The notes below the pieces were generated by a model that worked only from the letters and a program-made list of their open reading frames with translations, did not search any database and was not told where the DNA came from. Both the position numbers and the translations under genes were made by a program. Source: an uncultured Bacilli bacterium (GTDB lineage: Bacteria; Bacillota_I; Bacilli_A; RF39; UBA660). Taken from it: a DNA stretch of 64,000 nt. Location: positions 16,370 to 80,369 of the forward strand of contig CALVJW010000001.1 of the NCBI GenBank assembly GCA_944332435.1, given 5' to 3'. The stretch's first letter is position 1, and each line of letters starts with the position of its first letter. This document shows positions 1 to 10,526 of the stretch, one piece after another.

Positions 1-22
1 AGTGATAGCGAGGTAATGAAGT

Positions 23-715
23 ATGAAAGAAATGATGCCAAAACATGTTGGAATTATTATGGATGGAAATGGAAGATGGGCAAAAAAACGTTTTCTTCCT
101 AGAAGTATGGGACATAAAGCAGGATCTGAGAATCTTAGAACACTGTGTCAATATATTTATGACTGTGGGGTAGAAGTATTAAGTGTCTATGCCTTTTCAA
201 CGGAAAATTTTAAACGAGAACAACAAGAAGTTGATTATTTAATGAATTTATTTGTTTCTAAATTTGAAGAGGAATTAATTGAATTTCAGGAAAAAAATGT
301 TAAAGTAGTGTTTTCTGGTAGAAAAGAACCACTCAGTGATGATGTATGGAATGCGATGCAAAAGATTACTGAGGCTACGAAAGATAATACGGCAGGTATT
401 TTTAATGTTTGTTTAAATTATGGTGGACAATATGAAGTTGTTGATGCCGTAAAGAAAATTGTTGAGAATAATATTGATGTTACCAATTTAACACCAGAAG
501 AATTTCAACATTATTTGTATCAAGATTTACCACCAATTGATCTGTTAATTCGTACAAGTGGTGAGTATCGACTTAGTAATTTTATGATGTATCAAGCATC
601 ATATGCAGAATTTTACTTTACAGATACTTATTTTCCTGACTTTGATGCTAAAGAATTTGATAAGGCAATTTTAGCTTATCAAAATCGTGATCGTAGATTT
701 GGAGGAACAAAATGA
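23..715 (+). CDS. uppS: Undecaprenyl-diphosphate synthase (cis-isoprenyl transferase)
   Basis: 230-aa ORF. HVGIIMDGNGRWA N-terminal motif and RFGG C-terminus are typical of UppS. Stop overlaps the cdsA start (ATGA). Confidence 0.95.
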   Translation: MKEMMPKHVGIIMDGNGRWAKKRFLPRSMGHKAGSENLRTLCQYIYDCGVEVLSVYAFSTENFKREQQEVDYLMNLFVSKFEEELIEFQEKNVKVVFSGRKEPLSDDVWNAMQKITEATKDNTAGIFNVCLNYGGQYEVVDAVKKIVENNIDVTNLTPEEFQHYLYQDLPPIDLLIRTSGEYRLSNFMMYQASYAEFYFTDTYFPDFDAKEFDKAILAYQNRDRRFGGTK

Positions 716-1512
716 AAACAAGAATCATTAGTGCCGCAATTATGATTGCAATTCTATTACCAATTTTTATTATGGGTGGTACTATTTATGATATTGCTAT
801 TTGGTTCATTGGTTTATTAGGATTAAAGGAATTTTTGGATATAAAAGCAACAAAAAAGCCAATCCCTGTTTTTATAAAAATTATTTCTTATATCTTATTT
901 ACCTTATTAGTACTGATTAGTATGGTTGAAAGTGAATTTGTAATTAGTATGGATTTTCGTTTAATTACGGGACTGTTTATTAGTTTATTGTTACCAGTAA
1001 CGTTATATCATAACAGAGAAACTTATAGTGTCAATGATGCTTTTTATCTAATCGGTAGTATTTTTTTCTTAGGTGTTTCATTTAATTTATTAACAGTTCT
1101 TCGGGATTGGGGATTAGAATATATCATTTATTTATTTGTGATTACAATTATGACTGATACTTATGCTTACTTTGGTGGTATGTTAATTGGAAAAAATAAA
1201 TTATTAGAATCAGTATCACCAAAGAAAACAATTGAAGGTATGGTTATTGGAACAATATTTGGAACTATTTTTGGGGTAACTTATTATCACATCATGGTTG
1301 AGCCAACTTTAGCACTTTCCATTCTTGTTTTAATTACATTATTTTTATCAATATTGGGACAATTTGGCGATTTAGTGTTTTCTTCCATTAAACGTTATTT
1401 TGGAAAGAAAGATTTTTCTAATTTGATTCCTGGGCATGGAGGAGTTTTAGATCGTTTTGATAGTATTATTTTTGTAGTCCTTGGCTTTATGTTTTTTATT
1501 ACAATCATTTAG
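712..1512 (+). CDS. cdsA: Phosphatidate cytidylyltransferase
   Basis: 266-aa polytopic membrane ORF with the C-terminal CTP-transferase signature SIKRYFGKKDFSNLIPGHGGVLDRFDS. Confidence 0.92.
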   Translation: MKTRIISAAIMIAILLPIFIMGGTIYDIAIWFIGLLGLKEFLDIKATKKPIPVFIKIISYILFTLLVLISMVESEFVISMDFRLITGLFISLLLPVTLYHNRETYSVNDAFYLIGSIFFLGVSFNLLTVLRDWGLEYIIYLFVITIMTDTYAYFGGMLIGKNKLLESVSPKKTIEGMVIGTIFGTIFGVTYYHIMVEPTLALSILVLITLFLSILGQFGDLVFSSIKRYFGKKDFSNLIPGHGGVLDRFDSIIFVVLGFMFFITII

Positions 1513-1521
1513 GAGGGATTT

Positions 1522-2562
1522 ATGACATTTATTTATTTTGTATTTGTACTTGGAGTAGTAGTATGTGTTCATGAATTTGGACATTTTCTCTTTGCCAAAA
1601 AAGCTGGAATTTATGTTTATGAGTTTTCAATTGGTATGGGACCTAAATTATTTCAGTGGCACCGAAAAGAGGATGAAACAACTTACAGTATTCGACTTTT
1701 TCCGATTGGTGGATATGTTAGAATGGCAGGGGAAGAGGTAGAATTAGATAAAGATATTCCAGAAGAAAAAAGAATGCAAGCAAAAACATGGTGGCAAAAG
1801 TTTTGGACCATTATTGCGGGAGTATTATTTAATTTTATTCTTGCCTTTCTTATTTTTGTCATTGTTGCTTGGATTGCTGGAACACCGCAGACAAAACCAG
1901 TTATCTATGAGACGTTAAAAGATAGTCCAGCTTATGATACTCATTTACAAAAAGGTGATCAAATATTAAAGATTGACTCAACAAAGATTTATTCTTTAGA
2001 TCATTTCTTAGTGGAATTTCAAGTAAGAAATGGAAAAGAAATGAATCTTTTGGTAGAACATGAAAATGGTACCAAAGAAAGTATCAAAATAAAACCAGAA
2101 AAAAAAGTAGTCGATGATGTGGAAACTTATCAATATGGATTTTCTTTAGATAATAGCACAAAAAGAAATTTTTGGACTGCAATTAGCTATGGTTTTACTA
2201 AGATTATTAGTTTATTTCATCAAATGATTTTAATTATTTTCTACTTATGTACTGGAGCAATCGGGATTGATTCCCTTGCAGGACCAATTGGTATATTCAA
2301 TGTGGTAAGTGAAAGTGCAAAAGCAGGATTAATTAATGTTATTTACTTAATTGGTTTTTTAAGTGTTAATGTTGGTTTTATTAATTTACTTCCAATTCCA
2401 GCATTTGATGGTGGAAGATTATTATTTTTAGTAATAGAAAAAATAACGAAAAAACCATTAAAACCAGAAACAGAAAATATGATACATGCAGTAGGTTTTA
2501 TTCTATTAATGTTGTTGATGATTGTTATTACATGGAATGATATTACAAGATTATTTAGATAG
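1522..2562 (+). CDS. rseP: Site-2 (RIP) zinc metalloprotease, M50 family
   Basis: HEFGH in the first TM, a central PDZ-like segment, and NLLPIPAFDGG. Conserved uppS-cdsA-rseP order. Confidence 0.9.
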   Translation: MTFIYFVFVLGVVVCVHEFGHFLFAKKAGIYVYEFSIGMGPKLFQWHRKEDETTYSIRLFPIGGYVRMAGEEVELDKDIPEEKRMQAKTWWQKFWTIIAGVLFNFILAFLIFVIVAWIAGTPQTKPVIYETLKDSPAYDTHLQKGDQILKIDSTKIYSLDHFLVEFQVRNGKEMNLLVEHENGTKESIKIKPEKKVVDDVETYQYGFSLDNSTKRNFWTAISYGFTKIISLFHQMILIIFYLCTGAIGIDSLAGPIGIFNVVSESAKAGLINVIYLIGFLSVNVGFINLLPIPAFDGGRLLFLVIEKITKKPLKPETENMIHAVGFILLMLLMIVITWNDITRLFR

Positions 2563-2571
2563 GAGACTTAT

Positions 2572-2922
2572 ATGCAACGGGTTATGATAAGAAAAAATAG
2601 TATGATGAATATTTGTAAGAATTATGATAAGATTGTTAATTATCATTATGATGAACAAGATATTATGACAAAGATGTTAATTGATTGTTACCGTGATTCT
2701 ATGGAAACAATTCATTTAGATAATATGGATGAAGTAAAAAATCTTTTTCAGTATGATCAAGTATTAAATCTTTATCTAGAAAATCATAAATTTTACAAAA
2801 TGGTACAAATGTATTATCATAATCAAACAGATTGGGGTAACTCAATTATTGAAAATATGAATCAGTTATATCAAATTTTTCAAGAAATACAAATTCCTAC
2901 TGAAAAAAGTAAATGGTTATAA
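2572..2922 (+). CDS. Hypothetical protein
   Basis: 116-aa ORF directly after rseP on the same strand. No recognisable motif. Confidence 0.35.
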   Translation: MQRVMIRKNSMMNICKNYDKIVNYHYDEQDIMTKMLIDCYRDSMETIHLDNMDEVKNLFQYDQVLNLYLENHKFYKMVQMYYHNQTDWGNSIIENMNQLYQIFQEIQIPTEKSKWL

Positions 2923-2935
2923 ATATGGTGGTAGT

Positions 2936-3511
2936 ATGAGAAAAAATACATTAAAAATATATATGGGAGCATCTATTATCTTAGGTTCAGCTTACATGAG
3001 CACTGGTTGTTCTATTCAGCAAAATCATTGTTCTATTTCATATGAACATGCACATGTATATGAAAATGATTATGGCTTCAAAACTTATTTTGCTAGTGAA
3101 AAAGAGCAAATAGGCGAATACGAGAAGCGCGATATCATTGTAAAAGTAAGTGATAAAATACAGATGATAGAAGAGAATCAACTATCTCCGATTGCAATTA
3201 ATCGAGAACCACTTACTAAATTAATGGAGGAATTACAACCATATACAGAATATGAATACGTATCACAGCAAGGAAATAAGTTAAGTTGGACACAAGATAG
3301 TACACATTCAAATTTAACGGGTAGAGCACGTGATATTACGTATCAATATCTTATTTATCGGTTGGAACCGAATTTAGATGGTAACTTTTCTTTTGATATG
3401 GTTACTACAAATAATATTTTAGAAAATGAATATAATGAATATCAATATTTTAAAAAGGATGCTTTATATATGAAAGAAGAAGGAGAGCCTTACTTAGTAA
3501 AAAGAAGGTAG
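2936..3511 (+). CDS. Putative lipoprotein, unknown function
   Basis: 191 aa. N-terminal hydrophobic signal ending in lipobox-like STGC. Confidence 0.45.
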   Translation: MRKNTLKIYMGASIILGSAYMSTGCSIQQNHCSISYEHAHVYENDYGFKTYFASEKEQIGEYEKRDIIVKVSDKIQMIEENQLSPIAINREPLTKLMEELQPYTEYEYVSQQGNKLSWTQDSTHSNLTGRARDITYQYLIYRLEPNLDGNFSFDMVTTNNILENEYNEYQYFKKDALYMKEEGEPYLVKRR

Positions 3512-3576
3512 CTTCTTTTTTTTCTATACAATTATCATAATTTCATGTATAATGAATTTATAGAAAGAGTGAGAAT

Positions 3577-4476
3577 ATGTTAGAAGTAAAACATGTGACA
3601 AAATATTATGGTGATTTTTTAGCCGTAGATGATTTATCATTTTCGGTTGCGCCAGGAGAAATTTTTGGATTACTTGGAGTGAATGGAGCAGGGAAAACGA
3701 CAACATTCCGTATGATTATGGGGTTATTAGATGTAACAAAGGGGAGTATTACCTTAGATGGGAAGCCAATCGATTATTCGGTAACTGATCAAATTGGCTT
3801 TTTAACAGAAGAACGTAGTTTACTTACAAAATTAACAGTAAAAGAACAAGCTATTTTTTATGGGCGTTTAAAAGGAATGACTGAGAGCCAAATCTTAAAA
3901 AGATTAGATGAATTATTAGAAAAATTTGGTATTCAAGAATATAAAGAAAAAAAGATTAAAGAATTATCAAAAGGAAATCAACAAAAAATTCAGTTTATTA
4001 CAGCTATTCTTAATAAACCAAAATTACTAATATTAGATGAACCGTTTAGTGGATTAGATCCATTTAATGTAGAACTATTTAAACAAGAAATTACAGAAAT
4101 GTCAAAAGAAGGAAGTATGATTATTTTTTCATCACATCGTATGGAACACGTTGAATTATTCTGTAAGAAATTAGTAATTATTATGCATGGAAAAACTGTA
4201 TTAGGTGGTAATTTAAATGATATAAAAGAACAATTTCGTAAAAAGAATATTTTCGTAAAAGGGGATATTACGAAAGAGGAGTTATTAAAAATAAAAGGTG
4301 TTTTAGAAGTAGTTGAGCATGCTTCTGAATATGAAGTAAAAATAGATAGTATCGAAGTAGCAGAAGATGTATTTAAAGAAGTGTGCAAACATAAACATAT
4401 TATGAAATTTGCAGTAGAAGAACCATCCCTCAATGAAATATTTATCTCGAAAGTAGGTGAATCATATGACAAGTAA
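3577..4476 (+). CDS. ABC transporter ATP-binding protein (ABC-2/NatA-like)
   Basis: Walker A GVNGAGKTT, signature LSKGNQQK, Walker B LLILDEP. Confidence 0.92.
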   Translation: MLEVKHVTKYYGDFLAVDDLSFSVAPGEIFGLLGVNGAGKTTTFRMIMGLLDVTKGSITLDGKPIDYSVTDQIGFLTEERSLLTKLTVKEQAIFYGRLKGMTESQILKRLDELLEKFGIQEYKEKKIKELSKGNQQKIQFITAILNKPKLLILDEPFSGLDPFNVELFKQEITEMSKEGSMIIFSSHRMEHVELFCKKLVIIMHGKTVLGGNLNDIKEQFRKKNIFVKGDITKEELLKIKGVLEVVEHASEYEVKIDSIEVAEDVFKEVCKHKHIMKFAVEEPSLNEIFISKVGESYDK

Positions 4477-5806
4477 ATTAAGTTTTTTAACTGGTATTTC
4501 TTTAAAAAGAAAAATTAAGACGAAATGGTTTGTTTTAGCTAATTTATTAATTGCTGCCGTTATTATTGCTGGACTGAATATTGATACTATCATCAAAGCA
4601 TTCGGTGGAGATTTTAATAAGAAAACAGAATTATACGTGATTGATAATACCAATGTAGCATATGATTTATTTAAAAGTAGTATGGAAAGTGCTAATAAAA
4701 ATTCTCAATTAGCAGATAAACAAGAAACAACAGAGACAACAGAGTCTAAATTTCAAATTAAAAAATATAAGAAATCAGAAAAAGAAGCAAGAAAAGAATT
4801 AGAAAAGAAAGAAGATGCAATTCTCTTAATATTTCATCAAACAGATTCTTCGATTTTAGAAGCAAATTTAATTACCAAAGATTATATTTCAACTTCTAAT
4901 TATCAATTATTAAATACAGCACTTAATAATACGAAAAGTATTTTAGCACTAGAACAGTCTAATATTTCTTCTGAAGAACTTGCAAAATTATCGGAGCCAA
5001 TTAAAATTAAACGAGAATTTTTAGATAAAGATAAAAGTGAAAAAGGCGAAAATAATGAACATATTATGGGATTTATTTTTCCAGTTATTATTTTACCATT
5101 TTTTATGCTAACATTATTTTTAGTTCAAATGATTGGTGCTGAAGTAAATGATGAGAAAACAACTCGTGGAATGGAAATTATTATTTCTAATGTTTCACCA
5201 AAAACGCATTTTTTCTCTAAAGTTTTAGCTGGTAACTTATTTGTTTTAATTCAAGGAGCTCTATTATTCTTATATAGTGGCTTAGGATTATTCCTTCGTA
5301 TATTACTTGGTGGAGACAAACTTGGGGGTGTAACTTCAGAAATTGGTTCTATGGTAGGAGATGTATTAAAAGGTGGTATTGGAGATAAATTAATTTATAT
5401 TATTCCTTTAACGCTTATTTTGATGCTTTTAACATTTATTGCTTATTCATTACTAGCTGGTATTTTAGCAAGTATGACAACCAATATTGAAGATTTCCAA
5501 CAATTACAAACACCAATTATTATTATTTCATTAGTTGGATATTATTTAGCGATGATGTCAACGTCATTTAGTGGTTCTTTATTTATTCGTATTTTTGCCT
5601 ACGTACCCTTAATTTCAGCAATTTTAGCACCATCTTTGTTGATGCTAGGCCAAATCGGAATTATTGATATTTTAATTGCAATTATACTTGTAATTATCAC
5701 CAATATTGTTCTTGTAAAATATGGATTAAAAATTTATAAAGTAGGAATTTTAAATTATTCTTCGAAAGGATTATGGAAGAAAATGTTTAAAGCATTAAGA
5801 GACTAA
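4466..5806 (+). CDS. ABC-2 type permease (NatB-like)
   Basis: N-terminal TM, large hydrophilic loop and a C-terminal TM bundle. Overlaps the ATPase gene. ATG 4466 behind AGGTGA is preferred to GTG 4457. Confidence 0.7.
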   Translation: MTSKLSFLTGISLKRKIKTKWFVLANLLIAAVIIAGLNIDTIIKAFGGDFNKKTELYVIDNTNVAYDLFKSSMESANKNSQLADKQETTETTESKFQIKKYKKSEKEARKELEKKEDAILLIFHQTDSSILEANLITKDYISTSNYQLLNTALNNTKSILALEQSNISSEELAKLSEPIKIKREFLDKDKSEKGENNEHIMGFIFPVIILPFFMLTLFLVQMIGAEVNDEKTTRGMEIIISNVSPKTHFFSKVLAGNLFVLIQGALLFLYSGLGLFLRILLGGDKLGGVTSEIGSMVGDVLKGGIGDKLIYIIPLTLILMLLTFIAYSLLAGILASMTTNIEDFQQLQTPIIIISLVGYYLAMMSTSFSGSLFIRIFAYVPLISAILAPSLLMLGQIGIIDILIAIILVIITNIVLVKYGLKIYKVGILNYSSKGLWKKMFKALRD

Positions 5807-5822
5807 AAAGTCTCTTTTTTCT
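5798..5822 (+). terminator. Rho-independent terminator
   Basis: AGAGAC-taaaaa-GTCTCT followed by a T-run, overlapping the permease stop. Confidence 0.7.
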
Positions 5823-5868
5823 TTTCATAAATCAAAATTTAGTGTAGAATAGGAAAAAGAGGTGGGTT

Positions 5869-6705
5869 ATGGGAAAAAATGTTCAAGTTTCTTTGGTTGA
5901 CATCATGAATCTTTCAGTGACGGATTTATTGCAACCAAATACCAAAGTAATAGAAATTCCTTATAGTATGGATATCACAAGAGAAGTTAACCAACAACTT
6001 CATTATATAAAAGAAATAGGATCTATCTTAGAATTATTAAATGAGCTGATTGGTGATGAATTGGCTGTTTTTTTAGGACTTGGTAATTCTACTAAGGTAT
6101 TTGGTAAAAGCTGTTATGAATGGTTTTCTTATATTAATCATAGTTATTATATTATGAGTCATAACGTAAAAAAAGAAAATTGTGAGTATACAGATACTAA
6201 TGAAGCATTGCGAAATGTTTTTTTACCCATGTTTCTTTGCTATGATAGTATTTCTTATTTAGAAACGCTAGAAACATTAGATATTCCTTTACAAAGTATA
6301 GAACAATTAAAAGAACAGTTACTAAAATTATTTGCCATTGATATTTATATGTATCAACAAGATCGATTTGGAAATGTTATTATTGAAAAAGAGCAAGATA
6401 ATTATCAATTAGCGACTATTTATGATTTTGAATATGCATTTTGCAATTGTTCGATTGATGACCCTATATTATCTATTCCATTTACCGATTATCAAATATT
6501 AAAAGAGAGTTACCCAACAATTACATGTTACTTAAATAAATTATATCAACTAAATCCCATGTTTATACTTCAGCATATAGAAACAAAGTATCAAATAAGG
6601 ATCCCTAGCATTGTAAAAGAATATTATCAAAAACAAATCAATATAGGAAAAGAAAAAATTATTCCTGATAAATCGGTTGTGAAAGAAAAAAGTTTACGTT
6701 TTTAA
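5869..6705 (+). CDS. Hypothetical protein
   Basis: 278-aa ORF. The segment QQDRFGNVII...ATIYDFEYAF weakly recalls a kinase-like catalytic loop plus DFG. Not assignable. Confidence 0.4.
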   Translation: MGKNVQVSLVDIMNLSVTDLLQPNTKVIEIPYSMDITREVNQQLHYIKEIGSILELLNELIGDELAVFLGLGNSTKVFGKSCYEWFSYINHSYYIMSHNVKKENCEYTDTNEALRNVFLPMFLCYDSISYLETLETLDIPLQSIEQLKEQLLKLFAIDIYMYQQDRFGNVIIEKEQDNYQLATIYDFEYAFCNCSIDDPILSIPFTDYQILKESYPTITCYLNKLYQLNPMFILQHIETKYQIRIPSIVKEYYQKQINIGKEKIIPDKSVVKEKSLRF

Positions 6706-6752
6706 AATAAGAACGTATCTTTTCTTTTTGATCTGTGGTAGAATAAAATTAT

Positions 6753-6838
6753 GCAGAGGTGGTGGAATGGTAGACACGCAACTTTGAGGGGGTTGTGGGA
6801 GTAATCCTGTGCGAGTTCAAGTCTCGTCCTCTGTACCA
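6753..6838 (+). tRNA. tRNA-Leu (anticodon GAG)
   Basis: 86-nt class II cloverleaf read by hand. Anticodon loop TTGAGGG, long variable arm, T-arm GCGAG-TTCAAGT-CTCGT, encoded ACCA. G1-U72 wobble. Confidence 0.88.
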
Positions 6839-6848
6839 GTTTACAAAT

Positions 6849-6877
6849 AACTAGTTCAGAAATGAATTAGTTTTTTT
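6849..6877 (+). terminator. Rho-independent terminator after tRNA-Leu
   Basis: AACTAGTTC / GAATTAGTT stem followed by T7. Confidence 0.6.
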
Positions 6878-7204
6878 GTGCTTAAGAAATTATTGAATAT
6901 TTTGTTCAGTATTGCTATCCGATATTTTAGAATACGATAATGTTGTTAATGAGTTCTTTTTATCAGTTTTAATATTAAAATATATAATCTAAAAGAAAAA
7001 TATGAAAAAGAATTAGAATTAATAGAAATGAAAATACCACAAAGTGAAAGATTCCTTAGATTAAATAATATAAAAAGAAAACAAAAGGAATTACTAAAAA
7101 ACCAAATCATTTAATAATTTGGAATATATTGAAAATAAAGTAAATGATAAATAAGTATTACTTTTATGAAATTAAAAAGATGACTTTGAAAAATAAGTCA
7201 TCTT

Positions 7205-9298
7205 TTAGCGTAATCTTTTAACAAATTTTATTTCGTTTTGCTGATGTTCCTTGCCAAATTGTTTTTGAACTTCTTCTAATGCAACATTATATTCCGTAAT
7301 AGCCCTTTCATCATGTTTTAAATATTCTCCATAAATATTCCCATCATATGTTTCAACAATATACCAATCATCATTATATATACAATAAGCTATTTTGTAT
7401 TTTGTACATAATCTAAAGTCCTCTAATTCTTCTAAATCATAATTTGCATATCTAACGGCATTAATATTTTTTAATGCTTTTTCTTGCTCATTATTAGTAG
7501 ACTCCATAAAATAACAAGAAGAAATTAAAGGCCTTGGATCTCGATAACTACATTTAGGATTTCCATATTTTATATTAGTTAAATCTAATGCAGGATTTTT
7601 ATATATTATTGTTAAATGTCTATGATAACAATCAGTGTTTTTATATGTTTCGTCATCCTTTTCATAAATAGTTGGAGTTTTAATTTTAGTAGGAAATGGA
7701 GTTCCATTAGGTTTAGCATATGCCTCAGTTCCTATACATACTAAATTTATAGGAGTACTCTCATCCCTATTATTTTGAGATACATTAACAATGCTTTTAA
7801 CAGCTTCAGAAAAAGCTGTAATAACTTTTTCATTTTTAACTTTATGGGTACATTCTATACTATTAGCAATTAATACTTCGCCATTTCTTTTTAAAGGCAC
7901 AAATCCAGCGATTTGGTTATTGTCATTATAAATAATTAAGATTCTACCATTTCTACATAAGGTTGCGTGTAGTAAGTGATTATGTGCTATGTCATGTGTT
8001 CTAATACAACAATTTCCTTTGTATCCTAATGTAAATGCAATTGGATCATTTAATTTCATCATTTCGTAAGAATAACCATTGGAGCAATATCCTTTAACAT
8101 AAGGAATGCTAGATTCATTTCTTTTTTTCATTTGTTCATAAATATCTAATACTGATTTATAAATTTCCTCATTAGTTTCCATTGTTTTGTTTCCGAGACA
8201 TATATCATTTAAAATGTCATTTTCTTTTAATTTATAATTATCTGGAGAAACATTGCTAATATCTCGTGATGGTGAATATTGTTCAAATATAATATTTAAT
8301 TTTTTTAATGTCATAACATTATGACATTTTTCTTTTAATTCGTCAAAATTATTATATAAATAACTCCAATACTTACTTAATAGACTAGTTGGATTATTGA
8401 GCATATCTATAAAGTGGTTATTTTTTTGATTTGCAAACATGAAGTTAATAAACTTGTTAGATATTTGTGGTAAATATTTACTTCCATCTTTTACAAACTG
8501 AACTTTATCTACTTTTAAAGAACTTACATTATCAAAAAATACTCTATTTGTTCTATCTAATATACCATAATCACCATTTAATATTTGCAAAGTTCGTTCT
8601 AATCCAAAAGTTAAATATAATTTAATAGCATAACCATAAATATTTGACATTTCATCTTCATTATCAATATATAATAATAATAATTTTAATATTTGATTTA
8701 TATGTTTTATATTTAATAGCATTATTTGTTTGGGTGATATTCCATTTAAATAATCCATTCTATTTGATGTTTTACCAATTCTTAAATAGAATATAGTTTT
8801 TAATACACTAGGTGAATAGAATAGTTTTTGATAATCTTCTTTTGAAATATGATTCATTTTCATTTTACTATATAATGCGTTTTTTACGATATTAATTTCA
8901 TTTTCATCTAATTCTTGTGTATTACATAAAATTTTATATACAAAATCAATAAAAAGTTTTTTTATTTTTTCATTTTTCTCACATTCATCCATGATTACTT
9001 TAAAGTATATAAAATCAATATCATTAAAATTTGGATATCTATTCGCTACCAAATGCAAAAATATCTTGTTAAAATCATAATGATTCTTTTTAAGAGATTC
9101 AGGAATATCTTTTTCTAAAAATTCTTTAATAAAATTTGTATCTACATTTTTAAATTTTAAAAGTTCTTGAATCATGTTAGTGGTCATTAGAGATAAAGTT
9201 CTTTTATCTACAATAACTTTTTCGCTATTAGCTAAACGCCAGCTTTTATTTTTGATAAATTCTTCTGGATTTACAATTTTATCATAATCATCTGACAA
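7205..9298 (-). CDS. Large orphan protein (697 aa from a TTG), probably 5'-truncated
   Basis: Long ORF with no family recognised. Its frame stays open for 95 more codons upstream (to 9583) without any ATG, GTG or TTG. Confidence 0.5.
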   Translation of the reverse strand: MSDDYDKIVNPEEFIKNKSWRLANSEKVIVDKRTLSLMTTNMIQELLKFKNVDTNFIKEFLEKDIPESLKKNHYDFNKIFLHLVANRYPNFNDIDFIYFKVIMDECEKNEKIKKLFIDFVYKILCNTQELDENEINIVKNALYSKMKMNHISKEDYQKLFYSPSVLKTIFYLRIGKTSNRMDYLNGISPKQIMLLNIKHINQILKLLLLYIDNEDEMSNIYGYAIKLYLTFGLERTLQILNGDYGILDRTNRVFFDNVSSLKVDKVQFVKDGSKYLPQISNKFINFMFANQKNNHFIDMLNNPTSLLSKYWSYLYNNFDELKEKCHNVMTLKKLNIIFEQYSPSRDISNVSPDNYKLKENDILNDICLGNKTMETNEEIYKSVLDIYEQMKKRNESSIPYVKGYCSNGYSYEMMKLNDPIAFTLGYKGNCCIRTHDIAHNHLLHATLCRNGRILIIYNDNNQIAGFVPLKRNGEVLIANSIECTHKVKNEKVITAFSEAVKSIVNVSQNNRDESTPINLVCIGTEAYAKPNGTPFPTKIKTPTIYEKDDETYKNTDCYHRHLTIIYKNPALDLTNIKYGNPKCSYRDPRPLISSCYFMESTNNEQEKALKNINAVRYANYDLEELEDFRLCTKYKIAYCIYNDDWYIVETYDGNIYGEYLKHDERAITEYNVALEEVQKQFGKEHQQNEIKFVKRLR

Positions 9299-9506
9299 TA
9301 AAACATGATTACTGACATTATTAAATATTGTGATTATGTTTTTTTTTCTTGAATTTTTAGTATTAAATATTTCATCATCATTTATAATATTATAGAATAA
9401 TTTAACCTCATCGATTCCTCTAAAAAATGATGCTTTAAGTTGTTTATCAGAACATAGAGCAACAATTCTTTGAAAGAATTTGCTTTCAACGATTTGATCA
9501 AATACT

Positions 9507-9755
9507 ATGAATGAAATAAGATTGAACTTAGGGTATTTTTGGGATTCTACTTCTAATATAGAATCTAATATAAATTCAATAAATTATAATATTGAACACA
9601 ATAAAGATAAAAAGCTTATTATTGATCTTTCTGTTTCATATTTTGATTCAAGTATATTTGAAAGAATTGTTGATTTAGACGCGATTGAATTTGAATCTAG
9701 GGATGGTCATAGATATAAACCAAATGATATATTAAGAGAAAATACAAAATTTTAA
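9507..9755 (+). CDS. Hypothetical; in-frame N-terminal piece of the downstream transglutaminase-like gene
   Basis: 82-aa ORF in the same frame as 9759..10526, separated only by TAA-AAT. Confidence 0.3.
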   Translation: MNEIRLNLGYFWDSTSNIESNINSINYNIEHNKDKKLIIDLSVSYFDSSIFERIVDLDAIEFESRDGHRYKPNDILRENTKF

Positions 9756-9758
9756 AAT

Positions 9759-10526
9759 ATGATTAATAACATAAAAAATAGTACACTTAGTCCTTTCGAA
9801 AAATTTATATCGATATATTCATTTGTGACAAACTATAAATCGTATAAATCGGGAGATAATAATTATTTTGATATAGGAAGAAGTCCATATTTATTTTTAA
9901 ATGACGATTATATAAATTGTGTTGGAATTTGCCAATTTTTATGTATATTGTGTAGACAAGTCGGATTCAATATTGTAATGCTAGCAGATGAAGAAAATGA
10001 ACATGTTATATGCTATTTCTATGTCAAAGATGATAAATATGGAATCGACGGTTATTTTAGTACTGATCCAACTAATGATACTAAATGTGATGATAATTTA
10101 GAATCTAAATATCATAATATGATAAACAGAATTACAGTAAATAATGATTTTGAAAAATTTTTAAATAGTAATATACAATTATCTTATCCAAAAGATATGG
10201 TCGATATTAATTTATTCTTTAAATATATTTCTTTTTTAAAGACAAATAATAATTTTATAGAAGATAATAATAAAAATTCATTAGATTTAATAAATTCTTT
10301 TAGAGATAAATATTGCAAGAAAATAAATTATATTGATTATGATATTGTTTATAATGCTATTATTGAGGTTGAAAGCCTAGGATATATTCCACCATTAAAA
10401 GAAGATAAAGAAATGTTAAAGAATTTATTATTTATTCAAGAAGTAAAAGATAAAATGTTAATGAGAGAACCAACAGATGATTTAATTTCTTCATTCGCAA
10501 ATTTTTCAATAAGCAAAAAAAAGTAG
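9759..10526 (+). CDS. Transglutaminase-like cysteine peptidase domain protein
   Basis: Ordered Cys-His-Asp core: NCVGICQFLCILCRQVGF ... EHVICYFYV ... STDPTND. LSPFEKFISIYSFVTNY helix upstream, as in the TGase-core family. Confidence 0.6.
   Translation: MINNIKNSTLSPFEKFISIYSFVTNYKSYKSGDNNYFDIGRSPYLFLNDDYINCVGICQFLCILCRQVGFNIVMLADEENEHVICYFYVKDDKYGIDGYFSTDPTNDTKCDDNLESKYHNMINRITVNNDFEKFLNSNIQLSYPKDMVDINLFFKYISFLKTNNNFIEDNNKNSLDLINSFRDKYCKKINYIDYDIVYNAIIEVESLGYIPPLKEDKEMLKNLLFIQEVKDKMLMREPTDDLISSFANFSISKKK

Noticed and set aside
3990-4472. 160-aa minus-strand ORF
   Set aside because: It is antisense to the ABC ATPase gene, is Ser/Ile/Asn-rich and has no RBS.
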